A stretch of 64,000 nucleotides of DNA from Octopus sinensis (taxonomy: Eukaryota). Under the pieces are notes generated by a model that was not told the origin of the DNA, made no database searches, and worked only from the letters and a program-made list of their open reading frames with translations. Where the stretch lies: contig NC_043000.1 of the NCBI RefSeq assembly GCF_006345805.1, positions 59,768,001 to 59,832,000 on the forward strand, read 5' to 3'. Numbering within the stretch: the stretch's first letter is position 1; every line of letters begins with the position of its first letter. Shown one piece after another: positions 39,315-52,499 of the stretch. Made by a program: the position numbers and the translations under genes.

Positions 39315-39530
39315 AGGGTTTCAAATTTTTGGCACAAGGCCAGCAAATTTGAGGGAGAGAATAAGTCAGTTACATTAACCCTAGTGCTCAACTGGTACTT
39401 GTTTTATCAACTCCAAAAAGATGAAAGGCGAAGTGGGCCTCAGTGGAATTTGAACTCAGAATGTAAAGAGAGATGAAATGCCACTAAGCCTGGCATGCTA
39501 ACAATTCTGCCACCTCACCACCTTGCTGTT
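39315..39530 (-). mobile_element. tRNA-derived SINE (GTCGACTTTGCC-core family), near full length
   Basis: Reverse complement: caaggtggtgaggtggcagaattgttagcatgcc..ctgagttcaaattccactgaggcccacttcgcctttcatc..ggccttgtgccaaaa. Confidence 0.85.
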
Positions 39531-40749
39531 TGGCATAATAATAAAATGATAACTAACATTAAGTATATGGTCCTAGATTTTTGGGGAGCACAGATAAAGT
39601 CAAATATATCCCAGTATTTGACTAAAATATATTTTATCGATTCCACAAATACAGAATACAAAGTCATTGTGAGCAAGATGTGAACTCAAACTGTAAGGTC
39701 ACATAACTAAATACATCAAGACATTTTAAACTTTCCAGAGTCTGTGAAAAATAATGATCACAACTATCATTTACAACTATAGAATCATGTTAAGGGTTAG
39801 ACAATTGTATATATAGTACAGACAGAATATTAATCTATGTGGGTAAAGTAACATTATGTTCACTGATGCATACACATCTAATTAGAAAAGTTTTATAACT
39901 GAATAACTTTCCTAGTACCATATGGAAATGGAAGAGTGATAAGGAAATATGTGAAGCTGTCAAGACTAGAATAGTAACAATTATTGATGTAGCTAACGGC
40001 TCCACAGAGATTTTAGAGAGATTACCTTAAAAATACTTGGAATACATTTTAATATCAAGAATACATCATCACTGACACCAGAATTACATTAATAAAAAAG
40101 CCTTTGCACAAGAAGTAAAACATTTACCAATGATAAAAGCTTTCCTTGGTTGCTTGATCTAGTAGAAATAGCAACTAAATCACCCACAAATGACACTCTA
40201 AACTTAAAAAATAAAGATAAACCATTAATGATAAATGGGAGTCTTTGATTAGGGCAAACTTAGGACTTGCATGGGACTCAAGCACAATATGAAGTAAAAA
40301 TAGTATGAAAATAGTAAAATAAACTGGTGGATATTTTAACAACTAAAAAAAAAATAAAGCAAGTAGTGGTTTGCTATCAATGAACTTTAAGTGAATGCTA
40401 AAATCAATAGTTTCATCTTTTTTGCTTTGCTTGAATGCAAATATAACATAGCGAAGAAAAATTAATTCAATTTTTTTTTTTTTTTTTTATGACGGACCCA
40501 ACCTGAAAATTTGTCTCCACCACAACATCCAAACTTATACAAATCAACAAGAAGACTTCTACATGATCATTTAATCTGTTAGAAACAGTAACCAAATTTC
40601 CCACAAATAATTACTTATTGTCTTAATTAAACAGAAAGGACACATTATTTAATGTAGTCCTGAGTGGATAATATACAATGTTTATAATGTGAATACATGA
40701 TAAACACTTTATAATATACCATGTAAAAAGCAGAATCAAAATCATCATG

Positions 40750-40962
40750 GCGCTGGTGTTACATAAAAATCACTGGTGATGGTGCCATGTAAGAAGCACC
40801 AAGTACTCTCTGTAAAGTGGTTGGCATTAGGAAGGGCATCCAGCAGTAGAAACTATGCCAAAATAGACTATGAGATCAGGTGCAACCCCTGGTCTTACCA
40901 GTTCCTATCAAACCATTCCTGTCAACCCATACCAGCATGGAAAACAAGCATATGATGATGAT
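40750..40962 (+). mobile_element. RTE-LINE 3'-tail-type repeat
   Basis: taaaaatcactgg..aagcaccaagtactctctgtaaagtggttggcattaggaagggcatccagc..ccagcatggaaaac..gatgatgat. Confidence 0.75.
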
Positions 40963-43646
40963 GGGCAATATATTATGCAATAATATAATAACATAAATAG
41001 TATGAGATGGTTGTGGCTGAAATGTCTTTGTTCAGAGGTTTGTTCAGCTACACTTGACCTGGAGTTAAATATTAGCAATGACAAAAATACTGCAACAAAC
41101 ACAGCAGGTTGGCACCAAAAGCATTCAGAAAACCTCTAGAAAACACTCTGCTATGAATCTTTAATATCTTACAGGAAGAGTAGAAAAATTCTAATGAAAC
41201 TTCTCTTTCAATTGCAGATCAGTTCCATTTTTTATTATCTTAGGTTCATTATTGATGAATTGACAGAATCATTAGTGTGTTGGAACAAATTGCATCATTT
41301 GTTCTGGCTCTCTGCACTATTCTGAATTCAAATCTTGCTGAGGTCAATTTAACTTTACATCCTTCAGGGTTAATAAATAAAATATGAATCAGGTACTGAT
41401 CTCTCTCTCTCTCTCTCTTCATACCTGTAATTCTAAGGTACAACCTTGACACAATGGGTCAAGCTGATTCAGCTTGAGAAGTACATTAAAGGACATCGGT
41501 CTGTGGAATATTCAACCACTTAATGTCAATTAGTCAAAATACTGAATGCACAATCATGTGGGTTTTTTAAATGCTACAAAACAATAATTCATAAATGGTC
41601 TTCTCTTTTTACTTCACTTGTCTTTCTGTTACATTTTGATTAATTATTATTTTTAAATTGCTTTTTAACATGCTGCTATTTGACCTCAGGTCAGTTCTAG
41701 CCAACCAGACTTATGATCAAAAGTATTCCGACATTAATCAACTCATCATAGTATATAACTGGGACTAAATTATCCAATAAGTCAAAGATTTGGGCTAGTA
41801 GTGTGAGATTTTTTTGCATTCCACTTGCCTTTGTCAGGTCACCATTCTAATTCCCTTCTCTACATGTGATAAGAAAAAAGCAGTTTTGTATACAACACAA
41901 TTTGTTAAAAACTGTTTAAAATCAATAGTTAGGACTCTAAATCTAATAGAAAAAAGAAAGAGAAAAATGATAAAGAACTTTTCAAACTGAAAAAATTACT
42001 CTGACTGAAGTCACCCAAATTTCCCCTGGGATCCTGGATTTTCCCTTTGGGTGAGAAATTTTCTTCAAGTTAAGAACTACTGGTTTAGAATAATGACATG
42101 ATCTAAAAGAGTAATGTTAATGTACTGTATAATTAACAAAAGCAGTGTATTTTTCCCCTGAAACTCCAATGACAGAAGCATCTTTTGTCCACTGAATTCT
42201 GTGTCAGAAAAGAAAAACAACATTCACAACAAAGATTGGTAGTGGTTGCTGTGGTGTAGCCCCAGGTCAACATGAATCAATTAGACATATAATCGTTCCA
42301 GCTGAGACCATTTCATATCTTTATGAGTTTTTAGAAATACATTATCTTATGTATCGTTTTTGTTTCTAATACAGTAAAGTATGTTTTTTTTAGGAGGAGA
42401 TTTGGCTACTATTTCTTATAGGTGGAGTGATCATGTAGGGGCTTTTACATGTAGCATGGCGTTGGGAGACCTGTCCAAGTCATGCCAACAGAAAAATAGA
42501 AAAAATAATAGGCATAAAATGATGATACGATAATGATGATGATTTTGATTCTGACTTGCACTGTTTACTGAGGTAATTAATGCGAGTAAACATATTAAAT
42601 TAATTTTGAAAGAGGATTAGAAATTACCATTTCATTTCTTTTTCTTATTTTCTTTTTTCCACAAAACTCTCTAATTATTTATGTGTGAAATAAAACGTGC
42701 ATAATAAGGAGTTGTAAAATGTGTGTGAAATTTATGTATTTAATATGAGAAAAGATCAAAAGTTCAGGTTCATGTAGTTTAATCACCTTTAAATGATTTT
42801 ATTGGGCTCCAAGTAGGAGATAAATGTTTAGGAATATTTTTTCCTGTTCATTCAAGTGTATAAAGATAGTTTCTTTATTGTTTAAAAATAGCTAATTGTG
42901 TCTTTTCCTGCTAATGTTTATGGTTTGAACAATGAATAAAATAAGTTTAATTTTCCCACCAGTACAACATTAAAGCTTCCTAAAGCTTAGTAAATTGATA
43001 TCTTACAGTTACATTTCCACAGCTGAATTAGTTAATGGGATATCAACAGTATAAATAACACAACAGAACATATTTGAAGCCAGTTAATCACCATGACTTG
43101 TGTTTGAGAAGTGGAAAGAAAAGAAAAAACAATACTATTGGAGTAAAAATTACTCCTAGTGAAATTAGCTACTAAAGGCTTGACTAGTCCATCAAATATC
43201 AATTGTAACTATGAAAAGAGTAACAATAAACCAATGTGTGAAATTTTATATTGAACTACAATGACACAATGCTTATCAAGTGATAGATATATAATGACTG
43301 CAGAAAAGTTTAATTTGTGTCTTTAAGTTACATTATTTGTCCTTAGGTTTTAAAGGCTATCAGAAATCTTGACCTATCTTTTTGTATACATTTGACCCAG
43401 CCAACATATATAAAAAAAATATTGTTTACAAGCGAAACAAAAACTATTTATTAAAAGCTGACAAAAAGAGAAATCAACAAATGTGGTAATTTGAACTAAA
43501 TTTATTCCAATAGAGAGAGGCTCAGTGAAATCAGTATCAAACACATATTTCAAATAAGTGTATTAGCTTAGAAAACTACAAAGCATTTTCCATAAAATTA
43601 CAATTTTTTCAAACAAAGAACCTGAGGACAATGCTTTATCTTAAAC

Positions 43647-43971
43647 CAGAGGTTCTCAAACTTTTTGGGCCACAGCTACCCTCATGGCCACATAATACCC
43701 TCAGCACTCTCACCCCTATTTTTATGTAGAAATAAATATTTTATATGTTATTAATTTATATATATATTACAAATCATTTGATATTTAATATAATATTATA
43801 TAATTCGTATACAGTACTATAATAATATTATAATAAATTTATAGTGTCCCCCAATTTACTGCCTTCCTCTCAACGCCTCCTTTTTCTCTACCATCCCCTT
43901 AGGCACCAGTCCTCATCTGGACTGTCTCAATGCCCACCAGGGAGTGGTAGTGCCCACTTTGAGAAACTATA
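43647..43971. mobile_element. hAT (Charlie-like) MITE, 325 bp, with perfect 8-bp TSD
   Basis: TSD TCTTAAAC at 43639-43646 and 43972-43979. TIRs CAGAGGTTCTCAAA / TTTGAGAAACTATA (11 of 14 match). Confidence 0.88.
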
Positions 43972-44208
43972 TCTTAAACCCATATCTGTTTCATTTTGAA
44001 AATTTCACCTTTAAAAGTTTTCAGCTCTCAATGTTCATGGATTGAATACAGATATTTACATTCAAAGAAAAGCTATTCAAAGGCTAAGCACATGAGATAT
44101 TGGGGTTTAAAATTATGGATTATATAGTTACATTTTGCAATGAGTTAATAAGACTATAATTTTCCAGATTATTAAACCTAATTTTCAGAGTCTATATGTA
44201 CTGTATGT

Positions 44209-44240
<32 letters not shown>

Positions 44241-44871
44241 CATTTCATTTTGATCTCCAGTCATCATATCTGGTGGGTACATATACATGGTCCAAGTTCA
44301 AGTCACAACTTGGATTTAAAAGTAGGGATCTTTATTTCTAAACTAAGAGCAATAATTTTGCTATCCACAATAAATAAGAACATTATTATTCTCTTGGCTG
44401 AAAATACTGAGCTGTGTCTATTGGTGAGGAGGATTCACCTTCATTTCCTCTACCTATGTCCTAGCTTAGGTAAATTTAAAGTTTCTGAAATCCCGATTAA
44501 CTTTAATTCCTTGGCATGAAGCATTTGAAAAATCTTCCTTTGAGATAGCATTCCCGGATGATATGCTATTTATTACTGACAAATCTGTCAACTGTAGCAT
44601 GCAGACTTAAATCTTCTGTCTAAATACACAATGGAAAACCTGCAGTCGAATTGAACACAAGATGTATCACATAGTTTTTCAAATGTTATATTCACTTGGA
44701 AATGCTGCTTCTACTTTATAGTTATGTAGATAATCTTAGTCTATACATCTTAAATATTTTGAAGCAACTTTTCCTTCTTTGCAAAAGCAATTCCACAAGA
44801 AAATGAAATACCTGCTTAAGAAATGTACCTAAAATCAGGTCAAAAGCACATATGTGTATGAATCAGTGTAA

Positions 44872-45178
44872 CTAGCATTCTGTCGGTTACGATGATGAGG
44901 GTTCCAGTTGATCTGATCACTGGAACAGCCTGCTCATGAAATTAATGTGCGAATGGCTGAGGACTCCTCAGACAAGCATACCCTTAATGTAGTTTTTAGT
45001 GAGATTCAGTGTGACAGAATGTGACACGGCTGCACTTTGAAATATATATACTACTCATATTTGTCAGCTGAGTGGACTAGAGCAATGTGAAATAAAGTGT
45101 CTTACTCAAGGTCATAATACACCACCAGGAATTGAACTCATGACCTTACAAACATGAGCTGAATGTTTCTAATCACTA
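44872..45178 (-). mobile_element. tRNA-derived SINE with 14-bp TSD
   Basis: TSD ATGAATCAGT(G/A)TAA at 44858-44871 and 45179-45192. tRNA-like head at the right end; tail shared with the 61069 copy. Confidence 0.9.
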
Positions 45179-45398
45179 ATGAATCAGTATAAGTGTAGGT
45201 ATGGATGTGTGGTTCCATAATTGCTAAGAAAACCTTTGGCCAAGAACAAATTGATACACTGTAATTTATTGAAATTATCTTTGCTCTGAGAGAATATTAA
45301 ACTAGCATCTAGTGGCATTTGTGCCTGACAATGAAATGGGGTGATAATCTCAAGCAATCAACAATTCTCCAGAATTAGCATGACAGTCTGATTGCTTT

Positions 45399-45438
<40 letters not shown>

Positions 45439-45469
45439 AGACAAGAGATCTGTGAACATATAGTTCTGT

Positions 45470-45700
45470 ATCAATGGATGTCGTCAGCACAGAGTTGCCC
45501 TACCTTGGCCCAAGCCAGACATAAGACTTAGACACAAATTCAAAAAGAGAACATTTATGACATAGGGTAATTTGCATATTTAAAACAAAAATGGGCAAAG
45601 AGAAATAACTCAGAATGGACAATGGCATGAAGTTGGATGACAAGGGCAAAGAAAGGAATACTTAAACAGACCATAGGAAAAAATTCTTGACTTGTTGAAA
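45470..45700 (+). mobile_element. Highly degenerate LINE (RTE-like) C-terminal fragment
   Basis: WAKRNNSEWTMA*SWMTRAK resembles the WAGH..RW..W.P..GKR motif; flanked by (TC)n runs. Confidence 0.35.
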
Positions 45701-48181
45701 TTATCTTCAACACACACACTCTCTCTCTCTCTCTCTCTGTTCAGATTTACTGATGTGAACCAATGTTGCACACCTTTTATCTAAAAATCAGTAACTTAGC
45801 CTTTTTGCAAAATAAATACAAGACTAAAATATTTTCTGAGTTTGATCACAACTGACTAAAACACCCAAAGACAATACCTCAGTATGGATAGTCATTTATT
45901 GAAACCAGAAAAAGAAAAAAAAAAGTAATATGTAATATTTATACAGCATTATTTTCAAGGGGGATGCTAAAAAGAGTAATGAGGGTTGGACTGATGACTC
46001 AAATTGAAATTTTATTGCAAGTTTATCCAAATGTTTTGAAGCAAGACATTTCCTAAGGTTTTGTTATCTTAAGTGAAAAATAGGTAACACTTTAAAGTCA
46101 AGTGGTTTATAGCCAACCATAAAACACTCCCTTCAAACCTTATCTATTTAATCTCAGCTGACATGGATAACAACACATTAAATGCATAAGCATACCACAC
46201 ACACATATGGTGTTCAAGATAACAATCTACTAGAAATTACCTGCAGCATCTACACCACATATAGATGGGAAAAAATAATTAAAAAAAACTAAACAATACA
46301 CAAATAAGAAACTTTCACAGGGAGTATATTTGGTCATCACACAGAAACAACAACACTAATGTATAAAAGTATATATTAGCTTCATCATGAATTAAACCAT
46401 TCTTGTTTGACCTTTAATCTCTCTACAAAAGACTTGAACAAACTACAACACAAAATAGTGCACTTCACATCTTTACAGGTAAAACCACAACACAATCAAA
46501 CAAATGCCTTCAAAATGGATGACCACCTAGTCATGTGAAAAGCAATTTTTTTTTTAACCACAGCAAGTGCTAACCTTCACCATCTCTGGATAAAAAGCAA
46601 TGTTGACCATGGTGGGATCTGAACTCAGAATTAAAAAGTCAGAACAAATACCACAAGGTATTTTGTTCAATACACAAAATTCTTCCAGTTCACTATCATA
46701 AATTAAGAATACAGAAGTAATATTTGTTAGTTAGTTAGTTAATGATGTCAGTGTCATTGAGTATATCACTCCTTCCCTATCACCTCTAAGCAGACCCTTT
46801 TTAGGAACACAGCCAATTAAACACCAAAGGCCAACTCTCAAGTTCAGCACTTAATATGAAAAGATATAAGACCTTCAATGTGTTGATGTGGCTTAAACTT
46901 CAATAATCAGCCACCAGTCTATCTAGTCTGTGAGACTCTATCTCTATTACGGATGTGCTATCCTAAAATTCAGAAATTCCAAACTTCCAATATGATGCTA
47001 AAAGAGAAAATTTTGCCTGAGATTATGAACAACTGAAACAACTACATAGAAGTACTCATTATTGGCTTTATTAGGGCCTCTGTTGATCAATGTTGACCCA
47101 TGCACCTGCACACTGGAATAAAATCTTTTAAGAAAGACCAGCAGTTCATGCTTGCAAGTTTTCCCATTCTATGCTACCAATGTTTGTCCAAAGGAAAGGC
47201 TATTGACTTGGGTTATGATATAGCTTGGCACCATATTATCACAGGCCAGTACAGTTACCACATGGAATCTCATCAAATGCTCCACAAGTTCTGCCAATCT
47301 TATCACTCTTGACTGGTATGTTTTATCAACCTCAAAAGCATGAAAGATAAAGTCAATAGGTTTTGAACTGAGAGTACAGAGCATTGGAACAAATACTACA
47401 AAGCATTCTGTCTAACATACTTAATAACTCTGCTAATTTCCTGCTTCAGTTTTACTGTTGTGCATGTTAACCAATGATGGTTAGCTCAATATGAACACTA
47501 ATGCAACAAAGAAGAAACCAAATATCTTATAAATATGACATGTCAATTCCAACCATCAAATTCAGTATCCTAAGTTACAGCACTGTGAAATTAAAGACTT
47601 AATCAACCATGACCTGATATCCAAACAGAAAACAATAATCCATCAAAGTGTTAATTATTCATTTAGAAACTTTCTTTCTGGCAAGACTAAAGCAACGTCT
47701 GGTTGTATGTTCAATATTCCATAAGTTGCTAAGAATAGCCATATTCTTTAAGATTAAATACAAAAATCCAAAAGCAAAAACTGTTCCTAAGGAGACATAA
47801 ATGACAGATGAGAATTCAAAGTGACATAGTTCTGCTGCTAATTCCAAAGATTAAACCAAATTTAGGACAATGTATATTTTATCAATTATTATGTGTGGAT
47901 GTATTAAGCATGTGTTATTCTATAAAGCAAAAACATTTCAACATTGAAAACTGCAGATATAAAATACATGAAAAAATTAAAATCAAACACATTTCAAAAA
48001 ATATGTTGCTTTTGGTAAATGTTTTGTGTGTGACTAGATATAATTCTATGTTATCATCACCACTATGGTTTTCTGTTTTCCATCTCAGTGCATCTTTCTA
48101 ACCATTTTTCATTAACTTCTGTTCCATTAAAGATGAAGATTCCAGGGCTATTTTCAGCTTCAGACATTTTCATGGTGAATA

Positions 48182-48234
48182 AATGGACTCATACAAATAT
48201 GTATATATGCATGTAAAAAATGCCGTTCCTAAAT
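48182..48234 (+). repeat. 53-bp direct repeat, copy 1
   Basis: aatggactcatacaaatatgtatatatgcatgtaaaaaatgccgttcctaaat; 2 mismatches to copy 2. Confidence 0.95.
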
Positions 48235-51059
48235 AAATCAATTTAACTAGTTACAATATTCTTCTGACTTGAAAATTTTGCATAACTATCACTTCTCTGA
48301 TGATAAATTACAAATATCAAATCTTTGTATCTTTGATAAAGAACAAACACTTTTACTTCAATTATTTTATTACTATGTGGTGTGTAGCTCATCAGAAATG
48401 ACAGAACAATATTCTGATAGGATCGATCATTTGAAAATAGCAAGCCAAGAAGGGAACTTCTATGTTTTTGTTCGAACTGCTATAAAAAGCAGCTAAGTCC
48501 CAGATATAAGTTAACAAATGGCATATATCAGAATGGAATGATACCCAATATTTATGGCTTGTTTCTCATGTAGAGTCATTGAAATAATGATAAGCATTAT
48601 TTTGAATCCATATCAAATCTTTCCGCTATTTCTGAAATCATTGAAACAATAAATAAATAAATAAAAATGTGTGGGAATCTGAGACTAGATTTGTGGGATT
48701 TCTGGGATGAGAAGGAAATTTTGTAAAACAGGAAATTTTAGCACATTTTGCAGAAAATTTCTCACAAGAGTCATCAGAATATACATGTTATATAAAAGGT
48801 TTTCTAACAACCATATTTCTTAAGTTGACGATCATGATCAGGGGAATACCATTACCTACATTTCTTTCTATCTATTAAAATTTTGTTGTCTTATCTCAGA
48901 TTAGCACTAATCTAACTGACCTATGATTAAATTGTATCCATTTATACACTTTTTTATTGCAAGTATATGCTGTGGGATTTACAATTATAGGATCATGGGT
49001 TCAGTTTCTAGACTGGGCAGTGTACTGTGTGTCCTTACAAAAGACACTTCATTTCACATTCCTCCTGCCCACTTTGCCAGTAGTAAGTTAACATCTGCTG
49101 CAGAATGGCACTTCACTGATTATTAGCTCCAAATTTTGCAATTTCAAGGTGCTAATAACCCTTGAAGGTTACAGCACATTGGATGATAATGCTTAGAACT
49201 GCATCATTATCCAATATGTCCTTCTTTTTATAAGACAGAGTGTGATAAAGGAAAAATTTGGCTACACTTTCTAATAGATCAAGGGGAAATATAAAGGTTT
49301 TCTCATTGGCTCAATACATTTAAATTAGATTGAGATGTTCATTACAATTAGTTAATATTGCAATATTAGTGACTATTGTAAAAAAAAGTCATTAAGAATG
49401 AAAGGAAATGAGACAGAAGTTCATCTATGCAATATTAAGTTTTCTCCAATATTAATATGCTCTCATAACACACACCATTCTGTGTATAGAACAGGTGTAT
49501 AACATTCCCTATAAATTTTATGTATTATGTCTCCTCTATATTCAATTTTTTGGGGGCGAGAGAGAATTCTATGGGAAATCAGTAGCTGTGAAATTTGTTG
49601 TTATTATTTCTGTCTGAAAAGATTATCTCAATTGCTTTTGTTGCATTCCTGATAAAATACCAATATTTACAGGAAGTACTCTCCAATAGATTTCTTTAAT
49701 ATGAAATTAATATAATCACGATATATTGCACATTCATATACACACACGCATGTAAGCACATAAATGTGTGCAGTTAAATTTCTCCATCACAGAAACATTA
49801 ATAAATACTTGTTCATTCAAACTGACTCATTGTCAGATTACTAAATAAGGCTTTATGTGAAAGCTTGCTCAGGTTATTTCTGAATCAATAAGGTTACTCC
49901 TTTTCTCATATTACTGAAATGAATCCATCAACAACAAAATTAATTTGTGCCTTCTCTGTTGTCCTGTCAGCTTGCTCAATGCATCTCCTGGCTACTTAAT
50001 TGTCTTAATTAAAAAACAAATAAACAAATGTTAAATATCATCACAATGATTCTTTATTGTTAAAATATTTAGCTAATGGGATTCCAAGTATTACTGATTT
50101 GGAATGGGTGAACTTGCCTAATATTTTTGAGTATTGTATGGCAAGTGAATAGTAGAAACAGTTATGCTTAAAACAAAAAAAACTTGTAAAATATGGTTAC
50201 ACCTCTTTTGTCCTCTGTACTCTCTTAGGTATATTTTGCCTGTTACCTTCCAAAGTTGATAAAATAAGTGCCAGTCAACTACTGTTGTTGATATAATCAA
50301 CTATGTCTTTGAAAGCAGTACTCAAGTTATGGCTACAGTAGAATGAGTATGGCAAGGAAAAGAATAAAAGACTGATGATTTAACTTTTTGCATAATTTGT
50401 CATATATTTATCTTGCCCGCCTCCCTCTGCCATTGTTGCTCATTACACATACTTGTCAAAAAGGCAGTGTCATAAAAACTAATGGCTTGTTGGTAAGCAT
50501 CTTAATAAACTGAGAACAAAAGGGTCTATTATTATTATTTTGTTTTTGTGGTCAGTTTATTTTTTGGAATGTGTTTGATTTTAATTTTTTCATGTATTTT
50601 AGATCTGCAGTTTTCAATGTTAAAATGTTTTTTGCTTTAAAGAATAACACATGCTTAATACATCAACACATAATGATTGATAAAATATTCATTGTCCTAA
50701 ATTTGGCAGCCTTTTAATATAATAAGAATCAACAACAGGTATTTTTATCGTTGTTGTTTAGACCCGGGTCATGCCAGATCCAGTAGGTGTATAGTCAAAG
50801 ATCTTCCAGCTATCATCATTCATTTTTTTTATTCAGACACGGTGTATCAAGAACCACATTATATAAGATGTTCTTCATTTTGTTTGTTTTTCAAATGGCA
50901 GGCTGCATTTAATTTCTAATAAGCAAAACATTATACAGAGTCCCTTGTTAGCTTGACAAACAAAATATTAATATTCGATATTTTAAAATGTGGTATATGT
51001 TAGTGAAACAAAAGGCAAAAGCATTTTAGCAATTTCTAAGTATTGTTCTGAACAAGTTT

Positions 51060-51965
51060 TGAGTAAGAGATGTTGCTCAATGTCAATAATACATGGAGGA
51101 CGGGGACAGAGAGACCAACTCAAATAGGTACAACATGGGAACCACATATGGAAATTAACAGCTCTAGGGTTGAAAATACAAAGTTATAAAAGCAAGAAAA
51201 GTTACTGAATCAGTTATTGAGATGCCAAAATATTCAGCAAAGTAAGAAATGTACAACTTACATGCATGCCAATCAAGGAGATGTCATATCCAATGATTGG
51301 AATAGCATCATTATGAAGGACAAAAGAGAGGTTACACAGGCATGAAATTAACAGACCAGATTATGCAAATTATAAAAGAATTATAGCACAACTAATTAAG
51401 AAGAGAAATTATTTTAGATGAAATGCAGTATCATTTTTGTTCCAAGACTAGGTAACACTAATGTCCACTTCCTAGTGAGAACACTACAGGAAAAGTTCTT
51501 AGTTAAGAGATAATTACCATTCCTAGTAACTGTCAATACAGAGAAAGCTTTTGGAAAGGTATTATGCTTTGTCATCTGTTGATCACTAAGAAAACTAGAT
51601 GTTGATAAGTAACTAATGTGAGCAGTGCAAGCTAAGTACAGGGAATGAAATGAAGAGAGTAAGCTTTTCTGGACAATTCATGTTATGAATCACAGAGCAT
51701 AAGTGAGCTGACAGAAAAATTAGGTACAAGAGGAATCAGATGTAGCCTGCAAGAGAGAAGACTACATTGGTATGGACATGCAGTGCATATAAAGGATGAC
51801 AGTTGGGTAAAGAAGTATCTAAGCAACCTGTATGAAAGGAACCTATAAAATAAAATATAAAAAAAAAAAAACGCCATGGAAAACATGGGAAGAAGTGGTG
51901 AAAACTGATTTCAATAAGTTGAACATGCAAAGAAAATGACAAAGGACTGCAATAAATCAGAAGGC
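51060..51965 (+). mobile_element. Degenerate, internally deleted RTE-clade LINE (RT plus C-terminal domain)
   Basis: DQIMQIIKRIIAQLIKKR..DEMQYHFC..HFLVRTLQEKFL..TEKAFGKV..SLRKLDVDK, then LGTRGIRCSLQERRLHWYGHAVHIKDDSWVKK..RPWKTWEEVVKTD. Confidence 0.85.
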
Positions 51966-52018
51966 AATGGACTCATACAAACATGTATATATGCATGTAA
52001 AAAATGCTGTTCCTAAAT
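51966..52018 (+). repeat. 53-bp direct repeat, copy 2
   Basis: aatggactcatacaaacatgtatatatgcatgtaaaaaatgctgttcctaaat; abuts the truncated RTE 3' end. Confidence 0.95.
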
Positions 52019-52458
52019 TAAACAAGACAAAATAAATCTTAAGCATATATATTTATTATGTATCACTATTTATGAACAATTACTATCATTGATAATAGAC
52101 CTCAAATACACTAGTCACTGGTTCACTGCATTTTCTACAGTAAAAGTTGTTGGATTTTTGTCTGTGTTTATATCTTTCACCTACATAAACAAAAATACTC
52201 AAGCACACATATGTACATGCATGTGTGTATGACACATTTCCATATCAATTTCTGTCTACTAAATTCCATTCAGAAGGTATCAGTCAATCTGCAGCAATGG
52301 CACAAGATATCTGTCCTAGGTTCCATGCGGTTTAAATTGGACATGACACCCCAACCCCCATATGGCTGTGGAATGATCTTTTTAAATTCCTCACTATGCT
52401 TAGACCCATATGCTTACAAAATCCAACAAACAAAAAACATAAATAAACAAAGATGTAG

Positions 52459-52460
<2 letters not shown>

Positions 52461-52497
<37 letters not shown>
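52461..52497. repeat. (CA)n microsatellite
   Basis: Pure AC run. Confidence 0.97.

Positions 52498-52499
<2 letters not shown>

Noticed and set aside
46149-46160. TAATCTCAGCTG, matching the first 12 nt of miR-216
   Set aside because: Diverges afterwards and has no complementary arm, so no pre-miRNA hairpin.
47659-47847. 62-aa ORF with a transmembrane-like stretch
   Set aside because: Hydrophobicity is expected from T-rich DNA; weak acceptor; no family recognised.
48745-48780. CUGAUGA-CUC-UUGU-GAG-AAA on the minus strand
   Set aside because: Stem II consumes the G of GAAA and the cleavage-site base would be G; not a viable hammerhead.
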